64,000 bases of DNA, from positions 124,001 to 188,000 of the forward strand of contig LSRY02000031.1 of the NCBI GenBank assembly GCA_001643675.2. The letters are read 5' to 3'. The stretch comes from Monocercomonoides exilis PA203. Taxonomy: Eukaryota > Protista > Preaxostyla. Below, in pieces: positions 21,601 to 34,725 of this stretch (the stretch's first letter is position 1; each line of letters begins with the position of its first letter). Position numbers and translations under genes: made by a program. The notes below the pieces were generated by a model. That model had not been told where the DNA came from, did no database searches, and worked only from the letters and a program-made list of their open reading frames with translations.

Positions 21601-22755
21601 AAATGAGAAGCATTTGGAGAAAAGATTGGAGAAGAAGAAGGGGTTGGAGAAGGAAATGATGAAGTTAACGGAGAATGCGGTTTGTCAAATGCAGAAGAAG
21701 AAGAAGAAGAAGAGATTTGAGAAGCGGAAAGGCAGGCGTGAAAGATACTGGATGTGCGGAAGACGGTAAAGCAAAGCCATGCTACATAATTTTACTTGTA
21801 CTTCCCTTCAATCCTCCGTCACCACCACTACCACCACCACCATCAGCAGTATTACCACTTCCGTTGTTGCAATGCTCTCCTGTTCTGCCTCCTCCAGCTC
21901 TTCCGTTGGAAGTGTGCTTGTACACATAATAACTTCTTCATTCTCCTATCGGCTACCCCCTCTGCCTGTTTCCGTACCTCGTCACAAACTGATACCCAAA
22001 GTGCATCCGCTCCTTCTTCACCAGTATCGAAAAGCCAGCAATCGTCCTGGAGAATGGATCCAGTAGCAAGAATGCGAGTGAAGTGATGGTGAGTGTCCTG
22101 TCCCAGCCATCAGCGCAGTGAGCAAGTACATTCCACCCGCCTTGAACTGCTTGTGCGACTTCGAGTGCAGAAAGCAGGAGCACCTGGATGCTCTCCAGCC
22201 AGCGTGATAGCTGTAACAGAGCGTAGAAGACATCGGCATCGATCTCGCGTTGCGCCCACGCCACACACGCAGCACGCATAGAGCACATGCACGTGCTCAT
22301 GGAATGGAGGTTGGGGATTGCAAAGTTTCGGCACTCCGCAAAGGGATAGTTTGACTCGGATTCGGATCCGCTGAAGATGAATGACTGGCCCACGGAATTC
22401 AGTTTCGGGCGGAGGTCGAGGATGAGAAGGCGATCTTTGACGGGAGGGGCAGAGGAGAAAGCAACGGGGGAAGAGGTGGTGGTGCTTTAGGTAGTGAGTG
22501 GATAAGGAGGCAATGAAGAGGAAAAAGAAGAAGAGGAAGAAGAGAAAGAAGAGGACGAAGAAGAAAAAGAGGAAGAAAAAGAAGAGGAAGAAGAGGAAGA
22601 AGAGTAAGAAGAGGAAGAAGAGGGGTTATGAAGAGGTGAATGAGAAGAAGAAAGAGAAGAAGAGGAAGAAGAGGAAGAAGAGGAAGACGAAGAATATGAA
22701 GAAGAAGAAGAAGAAGAAGAAGAAGAAGGAAGATGAGGAAGAAAGAGAAGAAGAA
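18635..22755 (+). repeat. Tandem duplication, copy 2
   Basis: The ORF track is duplicated. The junction microhomology GAGAAGAAGAA occurs at 14526, 18635 and 22745. Confidence 0.95.
20128..20513 (-). pseudogene. Fragment of a GGA-repeat surface-protein gene (copy 2)
   Basis: Same translation as 16017-16402. Confidence 0.75.
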
Positions 22756-23140
22756 TAATACGATGGCGATGAAGATAAAGGCATCAACGAACGTGGTAGC
22801 ATCGCCTGTTTTGTCTCTTCGGAATTAAGTCCGCATGCTTCATAGCTCCTCCATTCCTTTGCAACCATCCTTCCAAATCTCCTCCTTTCCATCGCTCTTT
22901 CGCACAACACATTCCTCCTTTTCCCTCTTCTCTCCTCTTCTTGCCGCTACAACGCCTCACAGAATCTGTTGGCGTATTCATCATTGTAACAGGAATTTAA
23001 TTTAACTTTGCCACCTTCTCCATTTCTCATTCAACTTTCCTTCTTCTCAACATCTCTTTCTTGCCACTGCCTAGCGCTCAAAAATCTTGCAACCACACCA
23101 ACCTCCATTTCAGCCTCCCATTTCCTCCTCCCATTTCTTG
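21953..23140 (-). pseudogene. Myotubularin-like phosphatase fragment (copy 2, with upstream sequence)
   Basis: Contains the HCADGWDRT motif. The upstream GC-richer, frameshifted coding-like sequence extends to ~23140, where an intron-like T-rich tract begins. Confidence 0.75.
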
Positions 23141-24499
23141 CAGAATACAAACAAAACAAACAAACATACAAATCAACATATAAATCAACAACCAAATAAA
23201 TAAATAAATAAAAAAATAATGAGGCAAACATCAAACAGATTATATGAATCACAACTTTCCTCCTTTATTCACATCCTCTTTGGAATTATGTCACTTTCAT
23301 CATAAAGTCCATTAACATCATTTTCGTTTTTAATTTCTTTTCAAGTTTCATTGCTTCTCTTTAACCTCTCGATTCGTCCTAAATAAAATGTTCGTCCATA
23401 ACATTAATAAAGTTTTAAATAACAATACATAAATTTATAAACCTCATAATTTCACTAAAAATTATATAAATCAATCATTCATTCATTTTTTGATGATAGT
23501 TCATACCAATCATGTAAAAAAGTTAAATCATTAAATCATACTCAAATATTAATCAAAAATATTCAATAACTGAGCTTGAAGGGAGATGTTATGCAACATA
23601 ATTTTGATATAAATAAAAACTAAAAAATTAAATGTTATAATGGTATTTTCAAGATTTTCTCAATTTCACTTATTTTTCAATAATTCCTTCACACTTCATT
23701 CACATTTCACTTATTAACACATATTTGAGCTTTTAATTGCTCATACCACAATTATGAAAAAAAAGATCTTTCTTCGAACAAAGTTACGATATGAAAAATA
23801 ATGACCCATATGAATTTCATTATAATTTGAAGCCATGAAACATTATCAATTAAGAAAGTCAACAAAGAAAATTGAAAATTATAATTATATTTTAAATTTT
23901 TATATAGTTGAAGTCATGATTGATCTTTCTTTTTTCTGATCGAGAAATATTGTATAAGTGAAATTCATGCTTTTAACAATATGCTGTATCAAACAATAGT
24001 TAACGACAATCTTTATTTCAATTTGAAATAATGTTTGATATATATAATTTATAACTTTGAATGTTAATCAAGAAAAAAAATTTTCAACAATCTTTATTCA
24101 TGTTGAGCAGTTTCTTTTATAATAATTGAATAATTTGCATCAAAAAAGAAATTACTATTTGTTTTTTATTATTGTTTCAGAATAGTATCATTGAGTCTGC
24201 AATAAAACTATCAGAACACAAAACTTAATTTTCTTTAGCAAATGCAAATTAATCGTTTGTCCTGAAAAACTTCGTCCATTCACTCATCTGCACTTTCACG
24301 AAATCTTTTAGTCACACACACTTTCAAAGCATTTCTTTTTCCTTTCGTTGTTGAATGAATCATCAAATTTTCGATAATGTCCGAGTCAAAAATTATCAAA
24401 ACTGATTTGTCCACTTTTTGTCCTCAACAGAAATTCCTTTTTTCATTGTCATTCTTAATCCTTGCCAAGCATCTTTTCAATAATTTTTCATGATACACA

Positions 24500-24830
24500 C
24501 ATTCAAACAAATTCGTCACATTTTCTCTCCTTCTCTTATTGGAATATTCCTTCTCCTCGCATCTCAATATTCGTCAACAGTGAATTATGTATCAGGTTCC
24601 CAATTATCTTTGATGAGAAACTGTCCGCAATAAACAGTAATTGTCAATTGATTCTCTTTCCATGGATTCATCCATTCTTGTTGCAGTATCAGTGTGTCTC
24701 TGATCTAAATAACATACTCTTGAAATTATGATTTAACATAAAAACTTTTTCCGAACAATTGTTCAGAAGTTTCGAATGCGCTGTATGGATATAACTCACG
24801 TCGAATGAATTCAGCTCCTTCATCTTTCGC
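24500..24830 (-). pseudogene. Possible heavily decayed pogo-like transposase remnant
   Basis: Fragments NKNG*I / QQEWMN and LLFIADSFSS resemble the DDE_1 motifs NxxGWM and LLxxDxxSS; there are many stops. Confidence 0.25.
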
Positions 24831-25340
24831 TTTCAATTGTTAACGTAATTGTTGAAAATGAATAATGGAACCCTCTTTGAAGCACAGAGTAATAGAATCT
24901 AAGCTCCATCAATTTGATTGTCTCCTCGTTCGAAAAAGCATTATTTCATTGACAAATTTCGAGGAAAAAAATTATGAACTATATGTCCTTCAATTCTTTG
25001 TTTTCGAGCAAAAAAATACATATTCGATCACCAGCAAATATTCTGTGATAGCTTTCTTTCTAACAGAATGAACGAAAATATCGAAATAGAAACACATCAC
25101 ATCGATCTCCCAAATAATGTGATGAAAATCTATTTAACAAATCCAGAACGATCTTTTATGAAAACTTGTTATTCTCAACTTTGCAACAAGGCTAAAGTTG
25201 TTCATTTGAAAAAACGTTTCCAAGAATGATAATATTTTTTCGTCTTTTTGAAAAGCGAAAATGAATGTCAATAACGAAAATCTGATATTTTTTGTATTAA
25301 GCTTTAATAAAAAGTCTTTTCTCTGTTCAGATAGCAATCC

Positions 25341-28300
25341 TTAATTAAAGGAATACATTTTCGAAGGATTGAATCGAACAACCCCTTTACATTCAACAAC
25401 AGCACCCCCATTCCCTTCAAGTGCTTGAGCAAATCGGATTTTGTCTGGCTCCCCATTTGTTCCTTCCACCTTCATCCCATTCACATTCATTTCACTCCTC
25501 ACATCACAAATCCCCCGAATGGCAATCGACTCAACTGATGAATTGCTTCCCAGATTCACACCATAATCAACCGATCCACATGGATACTCCAACAGTCCAC
25601 ACACAACCACATTGTTTCCTCCTCTTGCAACAAGCACACTCGTTCCAATAGATTTCCAGAAATAGATCAGTGGGATTGCACACTCCTTGTTTCCTCCATC
25701 ATATCCTCTCATTGAGTCTTCAGTTAGCATTTCCAGTCTATCTTTCACAAACGGAAGAGTTTCATTCTTGATGCTGCTGATCAGCGATGGAGATGAAATG
25801 AACAGATCCTTCCCATATTTCGCATTGTTTGGCTTCTCAGATGAAAAAACTGGTGAGGATATCACAAACTCTGCCTTTCCTTCTTCTTCTTCTTCTTTCA
25901 GGATCTTCAGCTTTATTCCTCCTCCATATCCAACACTTCCCTCTTCATATGGTGCTGTGCAACAATAAAACGAACACATATTAATCAAAAGATTCGTTTT
26001 TGAAGATGCCTCACAAAAGAGTGCACCTCCTCCAATTTCAGTTCCCTCCTCTCCAGCAATAAAACATTCTTCGAATGTGCAGTCATTTATTTCCACTTTG
26101 TGATCATCTCCATCATTATCATTCTCGTTCGTAATGCTGATGCATCCTCCACTTCCCTTCGAGCGAGTAATCAATGAAAATGTGCAACCAGATATCTCTT
26201 CGATATTTCCGTTGTGGCACGCAACAACACATCCATCAACAAATGAGATTTCTCCAAAATTGCTGTTCGTCATATTCATCGAAGGCACACTTTCAGCATT
26301 CCCTTCAACAATGAAAAACGAAAAACCCCATTTGGCAATACTTTCTGATCCAAACTCAATCACCTCCACAACTCCTCCAACAGCCTTCACAAACACAGTC
26401 GAAATAGTCTCAGCGCCTCCTTCCATCCCACATTTGCTCGGTGTGAGCTTCCCTGAACAGCACTCAAACACACTCTCATGATATGTCAGCGACTTCTTCA
26501 AAGAAAATACAACACCAGTCACAGATACAGAAACTGTGTTTTTTATCAATCCACTTTGCGTTCCCTCTTTCTGATCACAAACATCACACTTCATCTCATC
26601 CTCTTTGGATGCAATGCTCCATTCATTCAAAGTCAACCCCAGTTCCTCCTCAAAGATAAATGGCTCAAGAAGAGCAACATCCTTTTTCTTCCCTTCAAAG
26701 TGGATTGTGGCTGCCTTCGAAATGGATGAACACGGAAACTCCTCAAATCCACACTTCGAGAAATCATGGCTCAATGATCCTCCTCCCACAAACACTGGTG
26801 CTGAAAAGTTGTTCCACAAATAGACACACAGTGGAATTGGAAACGATTCATTCGATGTTGACCTCTCAAACCCATTCAGCCTTATCAAGTCACTCGTATC
26901 AACTCCAAATCCAATCGATGTTCTGATAATCACATTTGATAGATCATAGGAGTTAATGAAGATTTCTTTCCCCTCTCTGGCATCACATTCGGAAAATGAA
27001 ACATCCCTCAAAATGAATGAGCTTGCCCCATCAGCCAAATGAAGATAAATCCCTCCCCCATATCCACACTCTCCATCTGCTGTTTGCCTTGCCTTGCAGC
27101 TCACAACTTGAAATAAACCACTTTCATCATTTGAAGTTTTTCCATTCACTTTGTTCGCATTCGTCATGTTCCCCACAGCGAATCTCGATCCTTCTCCCAT
27201 CTCAACCCACAACCCTCCTCCATTTCCTCCTTCGCTCTCACACCCACACATCATCCCTCCAACAACCTCCAGTGCACAATCTCTCCCAAGCGTGCATTCC
27301 ACTGCTCCCCCATTTTCTCCGTTCCCTCTGAATCCATTCATCGTATTGTTTGACAATTTCATCAATCTCACTGAGTTTGTGCAAATCACTCGAATCGTTC
27401 CTGTTGATGGTGAATCTGTTTGTGAAGATGCTTTCGCTGAAAATTTTGAATCCTCAATTGTGACAGATGCTCCATTCTCCGCAACAAGCAAAGCACTCTT
27501 TGTCTCCGAATCAGCTCCCTCAATCACCATAGAAGTGAATATTCCAGCAGCACTGCCTCCCTCAAGGCAAACCAATGGATAATGCCCAACAACATGAGAC
27601 AAGACATTCAACAATGAAACAGAAACCTCACCTGCTGATATGGACAAAAACACATAACATAACGCTTATTGTGAGTCTTGAAATGTCAGAGAGCAGCTCT
27701 CAAGTGAAAATGAATTTGATGTGGAACTGAAGAATGCTTTGTGATTTGCGAGTGCAGATGGAACAGAGAAAACAAGTGAACTCACATTTGCATTTGCACT
27801 CACTGTTATCAAACTTTCTTTCACCCCATTCTGCTCATTCCTCACCTCCCATCCACTGTTCCCATCATTCCCTCTGATTGTGTGTTTAAAGGAGTCAAAT
27901 GTCAGCTCCTCTTCCATCGCAATCATCCCATCAACAACAATCTTCTTTTCATCTTCTTGCATTTCCAAAGAATGATTCAGAGTCTGACAGGGAAATTCAG
28001 CATATCCACAATGGGAGTGATCAAATGCACCAACATTACTTGCAACAATCTCTTCTGGAATTGGAATCAAATAAACACACAGCGGAATTGGAACAGTTTC
28101 ATCCCCATCATCGAATCCTCGGATTTTGTTGATCGTGGAATTTGATGCTGTCAATGAAGTGATCTTCCCACTTGTTGCAGTTGACTCCAGATCGATCGAG
28201 TCAACAAAAATGTCACTTCCCCATCTGGCCCTGTTCACTTCAAATGCTGATGAAATCAGAAAGTCTGCACTTGTATCTTTCACTTTCAGCCCAATCCCAC

Positions 28301-30568
28301 CTCCTCTGCCTTGAATTGTTGAGGCATAACAGTTCGTCACAACGCCTCCTTTCACATTCAATGAACTTCCACTTCCCATTTCAACCATCATTCCCCCTCC
28401 AAACTCACAGTCTTCATTCCCACACCCATCAATCGTGCATCCATCAAGAGTTACAGAATATGACCCTTCACTCATACTCATCAGAGATGATCCTGCTGTT
28501 GTTCTCACGATGTTGCTGAACACACAGTTATTTAAAGAAAATATAACTGAGGATTCTTGAGACAGAGATATCACACTCGTGGTGCTGAATGTTTGTTCCC
28601 ATCTCACATCTTGCATCTTCAACTCTCCCCCTTCCAGTTTCACAAGTGAGTTTTGAATGCTCCTCTCTTCTGAATGAGTTGCGCCCATCGATATGTTCAT
28701 TCTCTTCACATCCATCAACCCACTTCCCTCAACATCAAACAGAATGCATTGTCTGTTGTTTTCAAACGATGTGTTGTGGATCACAGATAGATCACTCACA
28801 CTCAATTTCCCGGTTCCAACACAAAACAGACTCAGTCCATTTCCCTCAAATTTTGTTTCAATGGATGAACCATCTGGAGAAACACCATTCACGGTGATTG
28901 TTTTCTCCCCAACATCAATACCTTTTCCTTCCACAACAGTTCCACTCAACACCTTGATTTCCTCCACAAATCCTTCAATCATTTGAGACAGGCAATGGCT
29001 GACTGTGAGACATGCACAACTTTCATTCAACCCACAGCTGAATGTGTCTGTTGCATTTTCCTGTGTTTGAACGGAAGCAACAAATCTGCTTCTTCCTCCT
29101 TCATTTGGAAGCCAATTACTTTTATCTGTTCCATTTATATTAAATCTCACTCCTTCTGTTCTTGTCGAATAACAGGAAACAATTTGAGAGTCGGTTTCGT
29201 TGTCAAATTGATAAATGCCAATTCCTGTGGCAGCACTATTGTTGTGGAAAAAGCAAAACCACAAAAATTTACCATTATATTCATCTGTCCTGATACTGAT
29301 GGCTCCACCAGAACGAGCTGAATAGCAACCTTGAAAATGGCAGTTTCTCAAAACTATTCTGTCAACTGCAAACCAATGAAGAAAGCCTCCACCGTCACCA
29401 TCTCTTGAATTATGCGAGCTGCAATTTTTGAAATGACAATTCAAAACACAATCTTTTGTAAATAAAGTTTTTGATTCCAAAATTCCAAGTCCTCCAGCAT
29501 CATTTCCACTCCATCCATCTTTGAATAAACAGTTTTCAAAAAATACTTGAACTTTCATTCCTTCTATTTCTGCTCCAGCCCCTCCAAAATCATTTGAAGA
29601 GATACAATAGCACTCAACAAATGTTGAATGTTTCACAGTGCATTCTCCAATTTTCAAAGCAAATATTCCACCTCCTCTTGTGGATGTCGCATTACATTTC
29701 ACAAATGATGAATTCTCAACAGTAAGTGTTGCACTCGAATTGTCATGCACATAAAGTGCACCGCCACATGAAGCATTGCATCCAATCCATTCAGCGTTCG
29801 TGAAGTTGAGAGACTCAGTGGTTGACTGTCCGTCTGTGTTCCTCACTTTCCTATCCACTCTTTCGTTGCGATAAAATGTGCAATTGTTGCATAATAATGA
29901 ACCAGATCCTTCTGTTCCACTCGCAATCCCTCCCTCAAGCACATTCATCGATCTTTCAACATCGCAATCCTCCATTGAACTCATCTTCATCATCCTCTCT
30001 TTTCCGATTTGCATTTTCTCTATTTCACCATATTTCTTTGTGATATTAACAAATCTGCAGTTTTGGATTCCTTCAAAACTTCCTGAACCATCTCTCAAAA
30101 AACTGCCTCCACTCCCACAAAACACAACATCCTCAAACTCACTGTTTTTCACAAACAACGAAGACAAATCACCCCCTTCCATCTTCACCACACTCTCCAT
30201 CATTCCACATTCCTGACCATTCCCAATTCCCAAAGTCGTGTTTATCAGTGAGCATTTCCCTCCATTCCTCACATAATTCCCATTCCACTCATTGTTTCTC
30301 ACAAACACACCCCCCTCAACCTGCAGCAATGATCCTGCTCTTATTTCAAACATCACACAATTTCCTGACTTTCAAGCAACATTCCCTTCAATTCAACTGA
30401 CGAGTTGTGTATTTCGCAGAACATCCGAACAATACTTCCTCTCTCCAAAATACCACTCTTTTCCATTCCACGAACATTGAAAGCATCATATTCATTTCTC
30501 GATCTATCGTTTTTGTCTTTTCCACAAATAATTGAGAACAAACATGAAAGAAAAACGAAGTGAATCAT
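25341..30568 (-). pseudogene. Large GGA-repeat / CG-x(n)-PC modular surface (adhesin-like, beta-helix-like) protein gene, disrupted
   Basis: Signal-peptide-like start MIHFVFLSCLFSIICG at 30568, a frameshift at ~30365 and an in-frame TAA at 27666-27668 between two same-frame ORFs. Modules GGG(I/L)..., PIPL.Y and CG....PC repeat. It ends abruptly with no membrane anchor. Confidence 0.8.
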
Positions 30569-32662
30569 TGTTTCAATGATGATTATGGGTTTTTGAACCC
30601 AAATTTCTGATAATATCCCATAATCTTGCAGAATTAAAAATATATTATTTCCTGCATATGTTCCATTTTCCAAATCCAATTCTCTGCTTTTATCTCCATT
30701 TTTCTGAACCATTCAATTTGAATATTAATTCCAAAAAACTGCCATCTTCAATTGATTTCTTGCTTTTTTCTTCAATATTTTTGAATTTAACCTTTCCCAA
30801 TAAATTCGGTTTGAATGAAATTCCTCATCCACTCAGCTCCTTTTTCGTTAAATTATTGGATAATATCTGATATCTTCATATTTTCTTCACATAATTTTTA
30901 ATATTCCTGAAAATACAAGTGGAGATAAAAAAAAATATCAAAAAAATGATGAAAATGAAAATTTCCACACCAAGAGATAAATCTGGCTATTCAAAAGCTG
31001 AGCATTATTGCTTTTGCTTCATTGAATAATATTTCTTCAACTCTTCACCATGCCTGCAAATCCTCCTTTTCTGGCACGTCTTTCCATGGAATTTCTTTTT
31101 CCCTATTTTTCAAAAGAGAAATTGATTTTTGATTCAATATCCTCTGTTTTTTCTCTTTTCTGATTTTTCTTCATTTTCTACATCTTTTGATCCTCGTTTT
31201 GCTTTCATCTATTGCATATCTTCCCTTTTTCAAGTCTTCTTCTTCTTCTTTGAGGCATTCAATGTTTTCCATCAGAATTTGCATTTTCCTGATGATTTAA
31301 ATTGCAGATTTATTTTTTGTTCAATCTCGATTCAGTTCATTCTTGAACAGTAATCTAACGAAATTCTGCCTTTTTCAGATATTTTCCTGTTCCTTCAAAA
31401 ATTCTTCGATTCAGCCTTTTCTCGCCTTTATTGAGCATTGGCAATAACTATTTTATTTCATCAGTTGAGATTTGTGGATTGATCAATCATAGAAACTGCT
31501 CTTTTCCAAAAAATAATTTCCATATTTCCATTTTTGCTATTGACCCTTTACGTTATTCACAGCTTTGTGCAATCAGAGAAGGATTTGAGAGTCTCTGTGA
31601 TTAATAATCAAAATAATCCATTTTCTGATGATTGAATAAAACGCCTAAAATACACATATAAAAAATAATTTTGTAAAAAGAAAAACTCAAACATCCAATT
31701 CATTTGGCTTTTCCCGTTGTTTTTGTTCTGGGCCTGTTTTCTCTTCAGATTCGAGTCTGACAATGCAATCATTTCTTTTGCATTTTCGGTCCAAATACAT
31801 TCTTTCTGAAACAAATGAATATGGTTAAAAAGAAACGAAAATAAAAACAAACAGTTATTCCAAATATGTCTATTTTGTTCTTGTAACACGTCGAATGGCC
31901 TTAGTGAATCATTTTATGAAAAGAAGTCATCCAGTCATTCATATCGCATTGATTAGGTGTAAAAGTGGAGTTTCTGCAAAAATATTATTTCTTGAACAAA
32001 AGGGACAGTGAATAAAAACATTTATGATTCATTTGCCTTCAAAATGAGTAATTTTCTGTGAATTAAAATAACTGAAACAAACTGAAAATTCCCTCTTCAT
32101 GCACATGAAAATGAAAAATAAATAATTCTTTGTACAGGCTTCATCATGAAACATTCCTCAACAATTTTATAAAACTCCTGAAAACGAGAAAGAGAAAATG
32201 CAGGAATTCTGATATTATAATGGGAAATTCGATTTTTCAAATAACATTTATTAACATATTTGCAATATATTATAGTTTGTGAAACGATGGATAAAATATG
32301 AATATATATTTTATTTCATTTGGTTCAAAACTTTTTAAAAATCGATGGAAAATATCCGTCAGAAATGTTTTTCGAAGAATGGAAAAATTTAAATGAATTG
32401 CAAAATAAATAGGATGTGAAAATTAGTATATTTTCCTTTGAATAATATATCAGATCTATTTAAATCCTAGTATGAATATTTTTTTTAGTCTCAGGTTGCT
32501 AGGTGAAAACCACTTTTCAGAATATGAAAAATGATTACAAAAATCCATGAAGAAAAATTTATAGGGTAGTTTTTTCATCCGGACATTTTTTTTATCGTGA
32601 CAAAAATTTTCGTTATGAATTATTTCTTTTCTCTTTTTGGATATTTTATCAAATTTTTGATA

Positions 32663-32920
32663 TGGGTAATTATTTTTGAAATCATATTATTTCATTCATA
32701 ATTTTCGAACAGAAAATTTGCATTGAATATCAGTGAACGAACACTGAAAAGTGAACAGGCTTATCCAAGAAATGTTTTTCTTTATTTCAGCTCAAAATTT
32801 TTGTTTTTGAAACTGGAATAATGATATTCTCAAATGAATTCATAATCTTTTGTCAGTGACAAACAAACTTAGAAAAACCAACAACCCGAAAAAAGTTTTA
32901 ATTTCAAAAATAATCACCCA
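32663..32920. mobile_element. ~258-bp MITE (copy B) nested in the pogo element
   Basis: TIRs TGGGTAATTATTTTTGAAAT / ATTTCAAAAATAATCACCCA with TA flanks. It shares ACTTTTTTCGGG.TGTTGGTTT with copy A. Confidence 0.75.
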
Positions 32921-33197
32921 TATTTAAGGAAAAGTCAGAAATTTGAATTTCAGATATAATTACTACACCTAATCTCTGATTGGGGGAAAGATGGGGGATT
33001 AGCTCCTCCATCTCTGATTAGTGCCTCCCCAGAGAAGATTAGGTTATAGCAAGGGGGCTTGTTAAGTTTGAATTTAAACGAAAAAATTTGTTCAAATTTT
33101 TATTCATTTCAAGAAAATTTCTTTTTATAAATAAAAATAAGATCATTACCAGAATTTTTTTGTTATGAGTGTTATCAAAAATAAAACAAAACAATGA

Positions 33198-34725
33198 TTG
33201 ATAAACATTAGACATCAAATGATGGCATTTGATTATATAATAATAGAAAATCGTTTAGAGCGGATTGCAACTATTGCATTATATAAAAAGGCAAAAATAG
33301 TGGATGCAGCGTTTCTACACGAGTTCAGCCGTTCAGCCATTAATAGAGCAATTACCGCATTGAAAAACAAAAGAAGAATAAGCAAAATAGGTCACTCAGA
33401 GCTGCTGAAAGATGAGGAAAAGAAAACAGTTGAGCTAGTTATTCGTTGCGAAAGTTCAAGCAGAGTGACTATTTCTGTTTCTCAAATGAAACAATTGGTT
33501 TGCTTTTTCATTCATAAACAGATTAAATTTTATTGTTATCTTTTTACAGATGGAATCTGTCATTTCTGATAGACAAAAAACCCTATTCGAAGAAAAAAAA
33601 GAAGAAGTTGAAATTTCCATATCATTGCCCTACTCATTCATTAAAAGAAATCCACACCTCAAAGTATCTTTTCCACGAAACGTTAATATTCAGCAATAAG
33701 CTGTATCAAATAAACAGACTCTCCAGCCTTTCTACGAACTTCTTCAACATCTTCATAATACAAACGAATATTCTTCTTCATTGATATTTAATACCGACAA
33801 ATCTTCCCTTCGCCTTTCAGATACCACTTTGAAGCTTGTTGCGCATCCTTCAGATTCACCAGCAGAATTTAACAAAACTCCAATGAACATTCCAAACGCC
33901 ACATTATGCGTGGCAGCTGCTGCAGACAGTTATTCTTTGAAAAGTATCGTATTATGGCTTTCAAAGAAGATTCCAGCCGAATTGCGTGTGATGCTCAGCT
34001 CGTCAATAAATATCTGGGAAGACAACGATGGCTGGATGACTGATGCAATATTAAGAAGATAGGAAGAAGATTTTCACCTTCCAGGAATCGTAGAAAGACG
34101 AACTCTTTTGAACAAAGATGTGGAAAAATGCCTTCTTCTGCTGGACTCTCATCCATCAAGTGTTCAGCCAGACATTTGGTGAAAATTCTCTGATACCTCC
34201 ATAGATGTGGTGGCTTTCATCCCTCACAGCACACACCTCACTCATCCTCTCGACCGTGGAGTTTTTGCAGTCTTCAAAAAATGTTAAAACACAAAATATG
34301 TCGTTCCTTCTTCTTTATCTGTCTCTCTTCGAAGAAAAGCAATTGTAGATGCTCTTCCCTAGCCTCTACAAACAGCATTATTGCTTGAAACAATTGTTTC
34401 TTCGTTTATCAAAAGTGGAGTATTATCAAGTCAATGGCATGCTGTTCTTTCTATATTGCCTGATGAGCCTTCTGTAACATTGAAGAAAAAAAGCCACAGA
34501 TTTGGTTTTCATGGAAAAATAATCACCGATCAAGATTTTTTGGATGAATGGAGAAATCAAAAGAAAATGAAAGTAGAGAAGATAATGAATGATGATAATG
34601 GAAAAACTGTGGAAAAAAAATTGTTTGAGGATGAAAAACATAAGAAAATGAAGATTATACGAAAAAAGTGTTCTTTGATGATAATTCTGGAGATGAAAGA
34701 AAACAAGAAAATTCCAGAAAAATAA
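33198..34725 (+). pseudogene. pogo/DDE_1 transposase pseudogene
   Basis: HTH-like N-terminus; motifs IFNTDKS, NDGWMT, LLLLDSHPS and PHSTHLTHPLDRGVFAVFK; several stops and frameshifts; probable intron ~33498-33549. Confidence 0.85.

Larger units (their letters stand above)
19130..23807. mobile_element. Non-autonomous long-TIR element carrying host gene fragments (Pack-type), 4.68 kb
   Basis: 436-bp inverted repeats at 19130-19565 and 23372-23807, termini GGG...CCC, ATAT on both flanks. The interior holds myotubularin and surface-protein fragments; no transposase is recognisable. Confidence 0.75.

Noticed and set aside
27654-27668. In-frame TAA as evidence of TAA/TAG=Gln recoding (known in some metamonads)
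   Set aside because: TAA and TAG end genes at homologous or expected positions here (40779, 5510, DIRS ORFs), and long ORFs are otherwise free of them, so the standard code fits.
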